From positions 4,058-68,057 of the forward strand of contig DDDX01000082.1 in NCBI GenBank assembly GCA_002339085.1: 64,000 bases of DNA, read 5' to 3'. This DNA is from Cellvibrionales bacterium UBA1969 (GTDB lineage Bacteria; Pseudomonadota; Gammaproteobacteria; Pseudomonadales; UBA7434). Below the pieces are notes generated by a model. It was given only the letters and a program-made list of their open reading frames with translations, had not been told where the DNA came from and ran no database searches. Each line of letters begins with the position of its first letter. Within the stretch, counting starts at the first letter, position 1. Below are positions 1 through 9,797 of this stretch, one piece after another. The position numbers and the translations under genes are program-made.

Positions 1-582
1 ATCACGTAAAATTAATTGGCCCTGCACTTTTTCTTTATAGGCAGTACCGTATTTAGTGAAGACCTTCACCACATGCGGCGGAAAATCATAGGACTCTGGC
101 TGGTCATCCACAGCGCGCGAGCACTTTATCCACCATTCATTTAACTCAAACTCTGGGCCGTTATCTTCAACGCCAACCACCTCACCTTTAAATTCAGCAA
201 AGGTATGGCCCTGATGAGTGGTCTTAGCCGACACGTAATTCATCAAGCGATAGTAACTCGTCTCGGCTGGAAATTTGGGCTGGCCAGTCTTTTCACGGCT
301 AATAAAAATCGCTTGTTCTTGGTCAATACCAAAGCCAAGACAATATTCGCCCGCTACGCCGTCGTAATCGGCGTCAACATTAATCACGATACCGTACTCA
401 GGCTCGCCCTGAACGGGAAAATTATAAAAGGTTAATCGTACAATTGGCTCGGCCCCGACTGATAGCCCAGGTGGCAATAATTTAGCAATGCATTCGGCAT
501 CGGTGCGATAGTTCACCTTAAGCATGGGCCAGTTTAAAATATCGCCGGGATTGCCTTGCGGGGCAGTGGTAGGATCAGCCAT
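1..582 (-). CDS. acetoacetate decarboxylase (ADC) family protein, first 194 codons; 3' end lies outside the window
   Basis: Absent from the ORF track because it is open at the window edge. Manual minus-strand translation from ATG 582-580 (GGAG 8 nt upstream) gives 194 stop-free codons: MADPTTAPQGNPGDILNWPMLKVNYRTDAECIAKLLPPGL...ISREKTGQPKF...LILRD. The LLPPGL start region and the RExxGxPK-like lysine block recall the ADC family. Confidence 0.6.
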   Translation of the reverse strand, partial: MADPTTAPQGNPGDILNWPMLKVNYRTDAECIAKLLPPGLSVGAEPIVRLTFYNFPVQGEPEYGIVINVDADYDGVAGEYCLGFGIDQEQAIFISREKTGQPKFPAETSYYRLMNYVSAKTTHQGHTFAEFKGEVVGVEDNGPEFELNEWWIKCSRAVDDQPESYDFPPHVVKVFTKYGTAYKEKVQGQLILRD

Positions 583-874
583 CTGTTGTTCTCCAGTAGT
601 GTCGTTACTTACCTAATTTTCAAGCTATAAATTAAGCTCACTATTAAAAAGGCAGTTTATTTTTAGCCGTGCGGCTTCGCAATGACTTTTACCCTCGGTG
701 AGGGAAATGTAATGTCTTTAACGTTCAATTATGGGGCCTTAGCCTGTGATTGCTGGTGCTGAAAAAAGGCATGTGCAAATTTGAAAAAAATTTAAGTAAC
801 AATCACCGCCGAAATAGCGAATGATGCGCTTCTTAATCCACCTATTTTCAATCAGTTAATAAAGGTCACATGCG

Positions 875-1867
875 ATGAGCCTCGACACAGCCATTCAGCA
901 CCACCAAGCCACCATTAACGGTATTAGCATGCATTATGTAGAGCAGGGCCAAGGCCTACCGGTGATTCTCTGTCATGGCTTCCCGCACACTTGGTATAGC
1001 TGGCGACACCAAATACCCGCAATCGCTGATGCTGGCTTTCGCGTGATAGCACCCGATTTGCGAGGCATGGGCGGCACCGAGGGCCCCGCTCAGCCTGAAG
1101 AATACGGCTTACCGCAAATCAACGCTGACTTAATGGGCCTTTTGGCGCATATTGGTGAACCTAAAGCCATATTTGTGGGCTTAGATTTTGGCGCGTTTGC
1201 CATTTATGACCTAGCACTGATGCACCCGGACAAGGTGATTGCCGTGATAGGCCTAGAAAACCCGGCCGCACCGCATAATCCTGAGGTACCACCGCTCACC
1301 GAGTATGCCGCTATGGCCAAAAACCATTTTTTGCACATTGAATACTTTCGCGAGCCGGATGCGGCCGATATTGACCTGCATGCCCATACTCGGGCGTTTT
1401 TATCTCAGGTTTACTATGCCTTAAGCGGTGACTATGATTTTGGCCAAGTCATGGCGCATCCGCCGGGTATCTCCTATCGAGAAGCATTACCCACACCACC
1501 CCCACTGCCTTGGTCATGGCTGACTGAGGCCGATATGGATGTTTATGAGGCCGCTTATTTAGCTTCCGGCTTTACTGGTGGCTTAAACTGGTACCGCTCA
1601 ATGGATATTAAGTGGCAACAACGCAAAGCTTTGGAAGGCGTTACCAGCGAGGTGCCCGCCTACTTTATTGGTAGCGAAAATGATGTGGATTTAGAGCATT
1701 TTCATGGTGACCACCCGATTGAGAAAATGCGCGCGCAATTCCCTGACCTTCGGCTGGTAAAAATGATCCCCGAAGCGGGGCATTTGATGCAAATGGAGTG
1801 CGGCGAGGAGACAAACCGCATTCTAAAACTCTACTTAGAGGATATAACATCAAAGTTGGATATTTAA
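875..1867 (+). CDS. alpha/beta-fold hydrolase, epoxide-hydrolase-like
   Basis: 330-aa ORF. HGFPHTWYSWRHQIP (HGxP oxyanion motif as in epoxide hydrolases), Asp nucleophile elbow VGLDFGAFA, C-terminal EAGHLMQME histidine. Confidence 0.8.
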   Translation: MSLDTAIQHHQATINGISMHYVEQGQGLPVILCHGFPHTWYSWRHQIPAIADAGFRVIAPDLRGMGGTEGPAQPEEYGLPQINADLMGLLAHIGEPKAIFVGLDFGAFAIYDLALMHPDKVIAVIGLENPAAPHNPEVPPLTEYAAMAKNHFLHIEYFREPDAADIDLHAHTRAFLSQVYYALSGDYDFGQVMAHPPGISYREALPTPPPLPWSWLTEADMDVYEAAYLASGFTGGLNWYRSMDIKWQQRKALEGVTSEVPAYFIGSENDVDLEHFHGDHPIEKMRAQFPDLRLVKMIPEAGHLMQMECGEETNRILKLYLEDITSKLDI

Positions 1868-2141
1868 ATTATTGATTTTATTGTGATTTTCAAGAGGCAT
1901 CAAAATAAAGACTTATAAATAGCCTAAGCTACTGTTTAATATATAAAAATAATTCTAACAAAATTTAAATGCTTAATTGAGCCATTTATAATCAAAAAAA
2001 TATTGACCTGCGCACAAAATAAGCGTATTTTCATTTTGTGATAGTAGGATACAAACTCAAATGTACCCCTTGTAATCACACTTGATAATAAAAAATGAAG
2101 CTTTGCGAAAAAAATAATAAGCAAGGTTCCTGGAGATGTTA

Positions 2142-3110
2142 ATGAAAATTTTTAAACGGCTTTTAGCTGCTTCTACTCTTGCGGCTGTCTTATTTGCTTC
2201 TAATCAAGCAAATGCAACCTTCACTCAAATGATTTCCTTTGGCGATAGTTTCTCTGATACGGGTAATAGGTACATAGCTTCAAATTGTCCCTCTTCAACC
2301 TGCCAAGTGCCCTCCCCTCCTTTTTTTAACGGCAGAGAAAGTGATGGCCCTGTATATAATGAACTACTAGCTGGTATGCTTGGTATAACTGCTCCTACGC
2401 CATCCCTTAATGGTGGCACAAATTACTCTATTAGTGGTGCGAGAGTACTTCAAGATACAGAGTGGCTAGGTGTTCAAAAACCTTCTATTCAATCTCAGGT
2501 GAATCAGTATTTATCTGATAATAATGGTGTTGCTGATCCAAACGCTATCTTCACAATTGCTGGCGGTGCAAATGATTTGCAGGCAATCATTACCGGAGAG
2601 AGAACTGTAGCCGACCTACAAGCTGCAGCAGCGGGTTTTGTTAGCATAACTCAACAATTAGTTGATGCTGGGGCTAACTATATAGCTGCAATCAACCTTC
2701 CAGATATTGGCATGGCTCCTATTGCTGAAGGTAATGAATTTACTGCTTCCTATCTAACTGCTGTATCTTTCAACATGTTGATGGAGCCCGGATTAAATGC
2801 TATCTCACAAGTGAATCTTCTTGATGTATTTGCGGCTCTTAATTCAGCTGCTGCAGATCCAGGTGCTTATGGTTTTACCAATGTAGAAGACAATTGTCAG
2901 CTAGATATTGCTGCAGGCATTACCAATGATTGTAGCGGATATGTTTTCATGGACGAATGGCACCCATCAGCAAGTGCCCACCAGTTCTTGGCAGATAACC
3001 TATATGCGGATGCAGCTTTAGCCTCAGCTTCGGCGGTACCAATACCGGCTGCTTTGCCGTTATTTGCATCAGCTATAGCAGGTCTTGGAATTTTTAGAAG
3101 AAAAGCCTAA
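2142..3110 (+). CDS. secreted SGNH/GDSL-family lipase/esterase with a C-terminal VPxPA-CTERM (PEP-CTERM-type) sorting signal
   Basis: Signal peptide (LAASTLAAVLFASNQANA), block I FGDSFSDTGN, late DEWHPS block. C-terminus is VPIPAALPLFASAIAGLGIFRRKA (VPxPA + TM helix + basic tail). ATG 2142 has better GGAG spacing than the ORF-track ATG 2136. Confidence 0.8.
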   Translation: MKIFKRLLAASTLAAVLFASNQANATFTQMISFGDSFSDTGNRYIASNCPSSTCQVPSPPFFNGRESDGPVYNELLAGMLGITAPTPSLNGGTNYSISGARVLQDTEWLGVQKPSIQSQVNQYLSDNNGVADPNAIFTIAGGANDLQAIITGERTVADLQAAAAGFVSITQQLVDAGANYIAAINLPDIGMAPIAEGNEFTASYLTAVSFNMLMEPGLNAISQVNLLDVFAALNSAAADPGAYGFTNVEDNCQLDIAAGITNDCSGYVFMDEWHPSASAHQFLADNLYADAALASASAVPIPAALPLFASAIAGLGIFRRKA

Positions 3111-3245
3111 TGCTGGCTTAAAGCACTGTTTTTAATGAAAATATTTTACATTTTAAAAATAAATATTATTGATTAAATCTTGACTTGTTTGAATTTTAAT
3201 CGTAACATTATTATGAATATAAAAATTAGAACCCTGGAGAAAATT

Positions 3246-3818
3246 ATGCTTATCAAGACTATTAAAACTTTAACCCTTACTGTATTGGCTTCTGTAGCCA
3301 TTTCAGTTCAAGCTGCAACAGTTCAACTTACAGGCACTATTAATAACTGTGCCGGCCTTTGTGCAGTGCTCTCTGCCTCAGGTAATGAAGTAACGGCTTC
3401 ATTCGACGATACTTTTGCTTCAGCGCCCAGCCTTACAATTGAAGGACAAGGTGGCGGTGTACTAACCTTTATCAACCAAATGTATGCCCCAAACATTTCT
3501 ATGATGCCTCTAGGTGCTTTAAGCATTCCAACTCCTGCCCTTACTCATGGCGTTGATCTTTCTAGCAATGCTGACCAAGTATCTGTATTTGGATTAGGTT
3601 CGACTACTGGCGCACCTGTTTGGGGTGTTTTTGACTTAGTCAACAGTACTTTTGAGTCATATCTTTTCACTCCTGATAGCGATGGTGCAGGCCCCCCAGC
3701 CGTTCTATTCTTAGCCGACGGTACATTTACTACTGTACCCGTTCCTGCAGCTGCATGGTTTATGTTATCTGGCCTAGTTGGATTATTTGGGGCTAAGAGA
3801 GTTCAAGACAAAAAATAA
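3246..3818 (+). CDS. secreted protein of unknown function with a VPxPA-CTERM sorting signal
   Basis: Start moved to ATG 3246 (GGAG 6 nt upstream), giving signal peptide MLIKTIKTLTLTVLASVAISVQA. C-terminus VPVPAAAWFMLSGLVGLFGAKRVQDKK. No recognisable catalytic motifs. Confidence 0.6.
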   Translation: MLIKTIKTLTLTVLASVAISVQAATVQLTGTINNCAGLCAVLSASGNEVTASFDDTFASAPSLTIEGQGGGVLTFINQMYAPNISMMPLGALSIPTPALTHGVDLSSNADQVSVFGLGSTTGAPVWGVFDLVNSTFESYLFTPDSDGAGPPAVLFLADGTFTTVPVPAAAWFMLSGLVGLFGAKRVQDKK

Positions 3819-3838
3819 TAAAATCTATAAAGATCTGT

Positions 3839-3879
3839 AAAAGCCACATAGCCATTAATGGTAATGTGGCTTTTTTTTT
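3839..3879 (+). terminator. rho-independent terminator
   Basis: AAAGCCACAT ... ATGTGGCTTT stem with an internally pairing loop (CCATTAATGG), followed by a T9 run. Lies 21 nt after the stop at 3818. Confidence 0.75.
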
Positions 3880-3917
3880 CAAAGGCAAAAATTTTCATAT
3901 AACTTAAAAACACGGGG

Positions 3918-5177
3918 ATGATCATGAAATATTCTAACCTTCTGACTAACGGAGCATTAAGCCTCGTGCTGTCTCTGATTTCACTGGGTGCGGCAGCCAA
4001 CAATATTGGCTCAGCACAAATTACTGGCATCCACAGTACTACTTTTGATGGGCCTATTAGCGCGTCAAACCCCTCTAAGCTTAATGGCGGAAGTGCAGTA
4101 GTATTTAACGCCGTAGGAACTACTCATGGTGGTGTGACTGAAACAGGCGTAGGAATTTTGAAATTCAATGGAGACACTCTTTACCTTGGCTCTGTAGTTC
4201 TTCCAGATATGGACGTAGTTATTACCTCGGGTGGAGTAACCAATGTACAAGTTTCGGGTGCATCAATGAACTTATCTGCGCCTAAGTTTGATGCGACTTC
4301 TGGTTCATTCTCTGTCGATGGAGGCGCTAACGTAGTAGCAGATGTTTCTGCCTTTACTGATGCGACGGTTTCTTGCGCAGGTCCTGGCTGCCCAGCGATT
4401 CCGTTTTTGAATTTAGACGGCTTGAATTACACCTTAGATGGGAGTTTGACTCCAGCAGGCGGTGATACCTTAACCTTAACTTTAGAAACCAATAACGGTT
4501 CATTATTGAGTGTCGAAGTCGTCACTGAACCTTTAGAAGTTACAGCTAATGTTGCTAGCGTTGAAGTGCTTGGCATCCACAGTACTACTTTTGATGGGCC
4601 AATAAGCGCTTCAAACCCATCAAAGCTAACCGGAGGTAGTGCAGTTAGCTTCAACAATGTTGGTACAGCAAATGGAGGGATTACAGAAACCGGTACTGGC
4701 GTAATATACTTCGATGGAGATAAGCTTTCCTTAGGATCTTTCCTATTTCCCGACCAAGACATTATCATTAACTCAGGCGGTATTACCAATGTTTCTACAA
4801 TGGGCGGATCTATCAGTTTAAGCACCCCTAAAGTTGACAGTACACCTGGATCATTTGCAGTTGATGGTGGTACCAATATTGTTGCAGATTTTTCTTCATT
4901 TAGTGATGCAACAGTTTCTTGCGCAGGTCCTGGTTGCCCAGCCATTCCATTTTTGAATCTTGATGGCTTAAATTATACATTAACTGGTAACGTCACCCCC
5001 GAAGGAGGAGATGTGCTAGTTCTTACATTGGAAACTAATAATGGCTCATTATTAGCTGTGCAAATTACTACCGAAGTAGCTGGTCCTGAAGGAGCGAATG
5101 TACCCTTCCCAGTTTACGGCCTAATGTTACTTGCATTAGCTTTGGTGGGATCCGGAATCCGCAAAAAAGTAAGCTAA
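3918..5177 (+). CDS. secreted two-repeat protein of unknown function with a PEP-CTERM-like anchor
   Basis: 419-aa ORF (alternative ATG 3924). Signal peptide ...LISLGAAA, two 182-aa tandem repeats each carrying a CAGPGCPAIPFLNLDGLNYTL block, C-terminus VPFPVYGLMLLALALVGSGIRKKVS. Confidence 0.6.
   Translation: MIMKYSNLLTNGALSLVLSLISLGAAANNIGSAQITGIHSTTFDGPISASNPSKLNGGSAVVFNAVGTTHGGVTETGVGILKFNGDTLYLGSVVLPDMDVVITSGGVTNVQVSGASMNLSAPKFDATSGSFSVDGGANVVADVSAFTDATVSCAGPGCPAIPFLNLDGLNYTLDGSLTPAGGDTLTLTLETNNGSLLSVEVVTEPLEVTANVASVEVLGIHSTTFDGPISASNPSKLTGGSAVSFNNVGTANGGITETGTGVIYFDGDKLSLGSFLFPDQDIIINSGGITNVSTMGGSISLSTPKVDSTPGSFAVDGGTNIVADFSSFSDATVSCAGPGCPAIPFLNLDGLNYTLTGNVTPEGGDVLVLTLETNNGSLLAVQITTEVAGPEGANVPFPVYGLMLLALALVGSGIRKKVS
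4008..5099 (+). repeat. in-frame tandem duplication, 2 x 546 nt (2 x 182 codons)
   Basis: GGCATCCACAGTACTACTTTTGATGGGCC occurs at 4026 and 4572, an offset of 546 nt. The two protein copies align end to end (ITGIHSTTFDGPISASNPSKL... / VLGIHSTTFDGPISASNPSKL...). Confidence 0.85.
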
Positions 5178-5216
5178 TAAATTTTCACAAGGTATAATTT
5201 TTAGTTATACCAATTA

Positions 5217-5250
5217 AACGATAGCTCTTATCGAGTTATCGTTTTTTTTT
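5217..5250 (+). terminator. rho-independent terminator
   Basis: AACGATAGCTC / GAGTTATCGTT stem (11 bp including one G-U pair), 5-nt loop, then a T9 run. Lies 40 nt after the stop at 5177. Confidence 0.8.
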
Positions 5251-5307
5251 GTCTTGGAATCTTGTACCATGCTCGATTACCCAAAGAATTATAATAAGGC
5301 CTACAAA

Positions 5308-8058
5308 ATGTTGTGCAATTCTCTTAACCACAAGAAACTCTGCCGTTACAAGACATGTCTGGCTATTTTTTGCTCTTTTCTATCTTTGCTATTAATTGCT
5401 CCACTTAGCTACTCACAAGTACTTGAAGAAATAATTGTGACATCGCAAAAACGTGCAGAAAGCTTGCAGGATGTCTCTGTCTCAGTTACCGCATTATCAG
5501 GTGAAAAGCTGGCTGACGGGGCAATAGCCCGCTTAGAGGAAGTAACGGCTTTCGTACCCAACTTCACCCTGACAGAAACAGGTATTGGCACCAATATATA
5601 CATTCGCGGTATTGGGTCTGGTATCAACCAAGGTTTCGAGCAATCGGTTGGCATGTACTACGATGGGATCTACTACGGTCGAGCGCAGTTGGCTCGCTCG
5701 CCTATCTTTGACCTTGAGCGGCTTGAAGTTCTGAAAGGGCCACAGGTTACCCTATTTGGCAACAATAGTATTGGTGGCGCCGTAAGCCTCAACTCTGCCA
5801 AACCAACCGATTACTTTGAAGGTTCTGCTAAAGCTTTATATTCTCCAGGCCATGGAGAAGAAGAGCTAAATCTAATCCTATCAGGACCTGTTAACGACAA
5901 TCTTAATGCACGTTTAGCCATTCGCAAATATGACATGGAAGGCTATGTTTTCAATGAAAACCGGAATAGAAAAGAGCCGCAGCGTGACTACTTGACCTCG
6001 AGATTAAGTTTTCAATTTTTCCCTGAAAACGGAGCCTTTGAGGCAAACCTTAAGCTAGAACACTCTACTTTCGATGTTGAAGGTCGTCAAATTGCTATTA
6101 TACGAGATGAGCCAACTAATTTTAGGGGTACAAGCCAATATGCCTTAGTTAGGCAACCGCGCTTTGGTGGCAATCCTTCCGCAACAAACCAAGACCCCAG
6201 CAATCTCGGATACCCTAACTGGTTAGACCTAGCTGAATTAGCTAATGGTAATTTTGTTATTAATGATTTTGGGGAAGCCCCAAATTTAGCTCAAATTTAT
6301 AGTAGTGCCATCGATTATCCGAATCTTGCTACTCCAACTTATGATGACGATTTAATTTATCAAAGCCTTAATGGCCAGGATGTAGCCTTTCCATATCAAC
6401 TAGAACGCCGAGGCTCAAACAAAGACTTCAGCAAAAACTCCATCGATAACGCTACTTTAAACATTGACATCCCACTAGAGGAAGGAGATTTAAAACTTAT
6501 AACTGGTTATTTGGATTACAACTATGACGAGCTCTGCGATTGCGATTTTACTGGTGCCGACCTGATTGAATATGAATCCAATGAAAGTTACGAGCAATTC
6601 AGCCAAGAGATTCGTTACACTTCAAGTACCGGCGATTTTGTTGATTATATTATTGGCGCCTACTACCAGAAAGATAGTCTAGAGTTTAATGATTATGTTG
6701 TGGTGCTAGATGAAAGCGCGCTAGAGGAAACACTCACCTTCATCTTTTCACAAACAGATCCCGATAAAGTAGATGACCTTGTTGGCGTTTCAGTACCAAG
6801 AGAATTTAATGTCGACAGCGAATTAATTGCTGGATTCGGCCAAGCCACTTTTCACTTCAGTGATGCTACACGGCTTATGCTAGGGCTTCGAGAATCAAAA
6901 GTTACCAAACATGGTTTCCGTGAGCTCACATACAAGCAACAAGATTTGGTAACACCACTTGATGACACATTAGATCAGTTTGGTAACAGTCAATATGATA
7001 GCGTTAGTTTTGTATTCGATGCAGCGCTGACAGTCAATGCTCATCGATCAAGTAGTAAGCGCGTTGAGAAACGTACCTCCTGGGCCATAATATTGGAACA
7101 AGACCTCAATGAAGATAACATGGTTTATTTGTCCGCAGTTAAGGGGTTTAAGGGTGGCGGTTTTGATACCCGCTCAAACAACCCAGACAACGCATTCGAT
7201 TTTATTGACCGAGATGGTAATAAAATCGACATGTTAGACCCTGCCAACAATATACCAACATTTTATTCACCAGGAACATTTGAATTTGAAGATGAAGAAG
7301 CGCTAGCATATGAACTTGGACTAAAATCTCGTATTGGAGATCGCGCCGAAATCAATGTTGCCTATTTTTATACTGATATAAAAGGTTTACAACTCAGTAT
7401 TTTTGATGGTGGTGTTGGTTTTAATGTTTCCAATGCTGGGCACGCTGTTACGCAAGGAGTTGAAATCGAAAGCCGTATTTCACTAACCGAGCATTGGTTT
7501 ATGAATGCAAGCCTTGCTTGGATGGAATTTGATTATAAAGATTATAAAGATGGACTCTGTACATCTAGTGATATACTTTCTTTTGAAGATGACGATCCTA
7601 CCACACAGCCAATCAACTGTACGAAAGTTCAAACATTTGTGCCTGGTACAACAACACCAATATTTATACCGCAGGCTGACCTTACTGGCTCTACTAATCA
7701 ATATGTAGCTAGCTACGCTGGATCAGTAACTGTTGAGTACCAAAATAACCTAACTGATAAATTGCTTTTTAAAGGTAGTTTAGATGTCAACTTCACTGAC
7801 GAATACAGCCCAGCTCAAAATCTTGACCCTGATCTACAACAAGACGGCTATGAGATCTATAATATTCGACTAGCAATAATCGATGATATTGATGATAAAT
7901 GGGAAGTCGCCTTGATGGGACGAAATATTACCGATGAGAAAATTGTAAGTTATGCAAATGATGTCCCATTAGCGACAGGTATATTCGGAACTAAAACCTC
8001 TTATGGATTTATTCAACGAACCGAATCATGGGCCATACAGGCAAAATATAATTTCTAA
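5308..8058 (+). CDS. TonB-dependent outer-membrane receptor
   Basis: Plug region EEIIVTSQKRAESLQDVSVSVTALSGEKL, then LEVLKGPQVTLFGNNSIGGAV. Long beta-barrel and terminal ...AKYNF. ATG 5308 gives a sensible signal peptide; the ORF track starts at 5254. Confidence 0.85.
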   Translation: MLCNSLNHKKLCRYKTCLAIFCSFLSLLLIAPLSYSQVLEEIIVTSQKRAESLQDVSVSVTALSGEKLADGAIARLEEVTAFVPNFTLTETGIGTNIYIRGIGSGINQGFEQSVGMYYDGIYYGRAQLARSPIFDLERLEVLKGPQVTLFGNNSIGGAVSLNSAKPTDYFEGSAKALYSPGHGEEELNLILSGPVNDNLNARLAIRKYDMEGYVFNENRNRKEPQRDYLTSRLSFQFFPENGAFEANLKLEHSTFDVEGRQIAIIRDEPTNFRGTSQYALVRQPRFGGNPSATNQDPSNLGYPNWLDLAELANGNFVINDFGEAPNLAQIYSSAIDYPNLATPTYDDDLIYQSLNGQDVAFPYQLERRGSNKDFSKNSIDNATLNIDIPLEEGDLKLITGYLDYNYDELCDCDFTGADLIEYESNESYEQFSQEIRYTSSTGDFVDYIIGAYYQKDSLEFNDYVVVLDESALEETLTFIFSQTDPDKVDDLVGVSVPREFNVDSELIAGFGQATFHFSDATRLMLGLRESKVTKHGFRELTYKQQDLVTPLDDTLDQFGNSQYDSVSFVFDAALTVNAHRSSSKRVEKRTSWAIILEQDLNEDNMVYLSAVKGFKGGGFDTRSNNPDNAFDFIDRDGNKIDMLDPANNIPTFYSPGTFEFEDEEALAYELGLKSRIGDRAEINVAYFYTDIKGLQLSIFDGGVGFNVSNAGHAVTQGVEIESRISLTEHWFMNASLAWMEFDYKDYKDGLCTSSDILSFEDDDPTTQPINCTKVQTFVPGTTTPIFIPQADLTGSTNQYVASYAGSVTVEYQNNLTDKLLFKGSLDVNFTDEYSPAQNLDPDLQQDGYEIYNIRLAIIDDIDDKWEVALMGRNITDEKIVSYANDVPLATGIFGTKTSYGFIQRTESWAIQAKYNF

Positions 8059-8086
8059 ATAAAAACCACGTTGGGATAATAAAAAA

Positions 8087-8114
8087 CCCCCTAAGCAAGC
8101 TTAGGAGGTTTTAA
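8087..8114 (+). terminator. rho-independent terminator
   Basis: CCCCCTAAG-CAAG-CTTAGGAGG hairpin (one mismatch) followed by TTTT. Lies 29 nt after the receptor stop. Confidence 0.6.
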
Positions 8115-8234
8115 TATAAATCTATCACTCAGAAGCAAATTATTCAAAAAAATAACCCTAGTATATTTTCTGAAAATAAGCTACTGGCTAAGAAAAAATT
8201 TACACTTTAACAATTCTGCCCTAAGACAAAAAAT

Positions 8235-8444
8235 TTATAAAGGTGTAACGTTTTCAGCTTGTGGACCTTTCTGGCCGGTAGTGATAGTGAATTCTACTTT
8301 TTGACCATCAACTAAAGATTTAAAACCTTCAGCTTGAATTGCACTAAAGTGAACAAAAACGTCTGGTCCAGACTCTTGCTCAATAAATCCGAATCCTTTA
8401 GATTCATTAAACCATTTAACTGTTCCGCTGACTTTATCTGACAT
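8235..8444 (-). CDS. cold-shock protein, CspA family
   Basis: 69 aa. [15 protein letters not shown] (RNP1) and DVFVHFSAI (RNP2). Confidence 0.95.
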   Translation of the reverse strand: MSDKVSGTVKWFNESKGFGFIEQESGPDVFVHFSAIQAEGFKSLVDGQKVEFTITTGQKGPQAENVTPL

Positions 8445-8791
8445 GGTGTTTCCTCGTTAATACTTTTCTTACTGTTACGTTTAGCCTCTAAAAAGCTTTA
8501 ATAACACTACTGATTTTAAGTGCCTGAGCAACAAGGCCCAAGCGGTTACGCTATCACTTTTTTCTAAAGTCTTAATCAGTACGAGCTAAACGCGGGGCGA
8601 AAAAAACGTCGAAAGGATTACAAACCATGAAAACTGTTTAAGCTATGCACACTATACGACAGTTTTTCAGGGGGTCAAGTTAGAAAACATTAAAAAAGCG
8701 AATAAGTACTGCGATTGAACAAAAATAGGCCATTTTTTCTAAAATTGGCTATATTCAACGTGATATATCGTCAAATATGGCCGTTTAGCTA

Positions 8792-9718
8792 TTATTGTGG
8801 CGGGACAGAAAAGCCGTCTAGCACCGGCGTATAGCCCTCACCAAATTCACTTTCTAAACTGCTATGCAGGCCATCTAGGCTCCATTTTTGTTGCCCTTCT
8901 GGATTGATATGCGCTTCTCCGAATTCAGGTCGCTTCAAGCGATTGACTTGATTACCCCAAACCACAAACACTTCGCCAGCGATATGGCCCGCTTCAGGAG
9001 ATGCTAAATAGCCAACCAGCGGCGCAACATTCGCAGGGTCAAAGGCATGAAAGCCCTCTTCTGGGGGGGCAAACATCGCAGCTGTGGGACCTTGCATGGT
9101 CATATCAGTCGATGCTCTGGGCATAATTACATTACAAGGAATACCGTAGCGAATCATTAACTGCGCCGTGCCCATGGTCATCGCCACGATACCGGCTTTA
9201 GCGGCCGAGTAGTTGGGCTGGCCGACTGAGCCAAAAATCGCTGCCTCAGAGGCCGTGCTAATCATTCGGCCGAAGACTTGCTCTCCCGCCTTGGCCTTGC
9301 CACGCCAATACGCCGCTACATTACGCATATTTACAAAATGACCACGCAAGTGAACTCTTACCACGCTATCGAACTCTTCATCACTCATACCAAAGATGGT
9401 TTTGTCACGGCAGTAGCCGGCATTATTGACCATAATATTAATATCGCCGTAAGTCTCTAGCGCAACTTTCATTAAGTTGTCGGCATCGGCCGTTTCAGCA
9501 CAATCACCAAATACTGCAACGGCCTCGCCACCAGCGGCTTTAATTTCATCAACCGTGTCATGCGCAGCCTGCTCGGCATCAGGGCGATCAATATCATTAA
9601 TCACGACGCGTGCCCCCTGGCTGGCAAGTTGAATCGCTTCCTCACGACCTAGACCTCGACCAGCACCAGTAATAATTGCGACTTTGCCTTCAAGATTTCC
9701 TGTATTTACTTCAGACAT
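8792..9718 (-). CDS. short-chain dehydrogenase/reductase (SDR), probably acting on 3-hydroxyacyl-CoA-type substrates
   Basis: TGAGRGLGRE cofactor motif, NNAG, YSAAK catalytic motif. Sits with thiolase and MaoC hydratase genes. Confidence 0.8.
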   Translation of the reverse strand: MSEVNTGNLEGKVAIITGAGRGLGREEAIQLASQGARVVINDIDRPDAEQAAHDTVDEIKAAGGEAVAVFGDCAETADADNLMKVALETYGDINIMVNNAGYCRDKTIFGMSDEEFDSVVRVHLRGHFVNMRNVAAYWRGKAKAGEQVFGRMISTASEAAIFGSVGQPNYSAAKAGIVAMTMGTAQLMIRYGIPCNVIMPRASTDMTMQGPTAAMFAPPEEGFHAFDPANVAPLVGYLASPEAGHIAGEVFVVWGNQVNRLKRPEFGEAHINPEGQQKWSLDGLHSSLESEFGEGYTPVLDGFSVPPQ

Positions 9719-9797
9719 TCAATGCTCCCAAAAATAATGAAATTGGCCGTTGATGCGCGCAAAACAGCCTTACTGTTAGTGATAATTATAAGCGTTT

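Noticed and set aside
205-435. 76-aa plus-strand ORF from the track
   Set aside because: It is antisense to the stop-free ADC-family frame that runs from 582 to the window edge and carries recognisable family motifs.
1936-2124. 62-aa minus-strand ORF in the AT-rich spacer upstream of the GDSL lipase gene
   Set aside because: Extremely AT-rich and hydrophobic by composition only, with no RBS. The region more plausibly holds the lipase promoter (TTGACC-N17-TATTTT at 2003-2031, itself too weak to list as a feature).
4427-4945. 172-aa minus-strand ORF inside the two-repeat secreted-protein gene
   Set aside because: It is antisense to a gene with a signal peptide, a repeat structure and a sorting signal. 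Its translation is low-complexity (P/S/V/T-rich), and the long open frame is a by-product of the biased codon composition opposite.
4008-5099. Tandem repeat considered as a CRISPR-like or mobile repeat
   Set aside because: There are only two copies, 546 nt each, contiguous, in-frame and diverged. This is an intragenic domain duplication, not an array.
1868-8230. Possible genomic island: the PEP-CTERM genes and TonB receptor are about 37-42% GC by hand counts, against about 52% in both flanks
   Set aside because: No integrase, transposase, tRNA or flanking direct repeats. Other clearly native operons (bio, mod) are similarly AT-rich, so the contrast may only reflect expression or conservation level. 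A windowed GC and codon-usage calculation would be needed.
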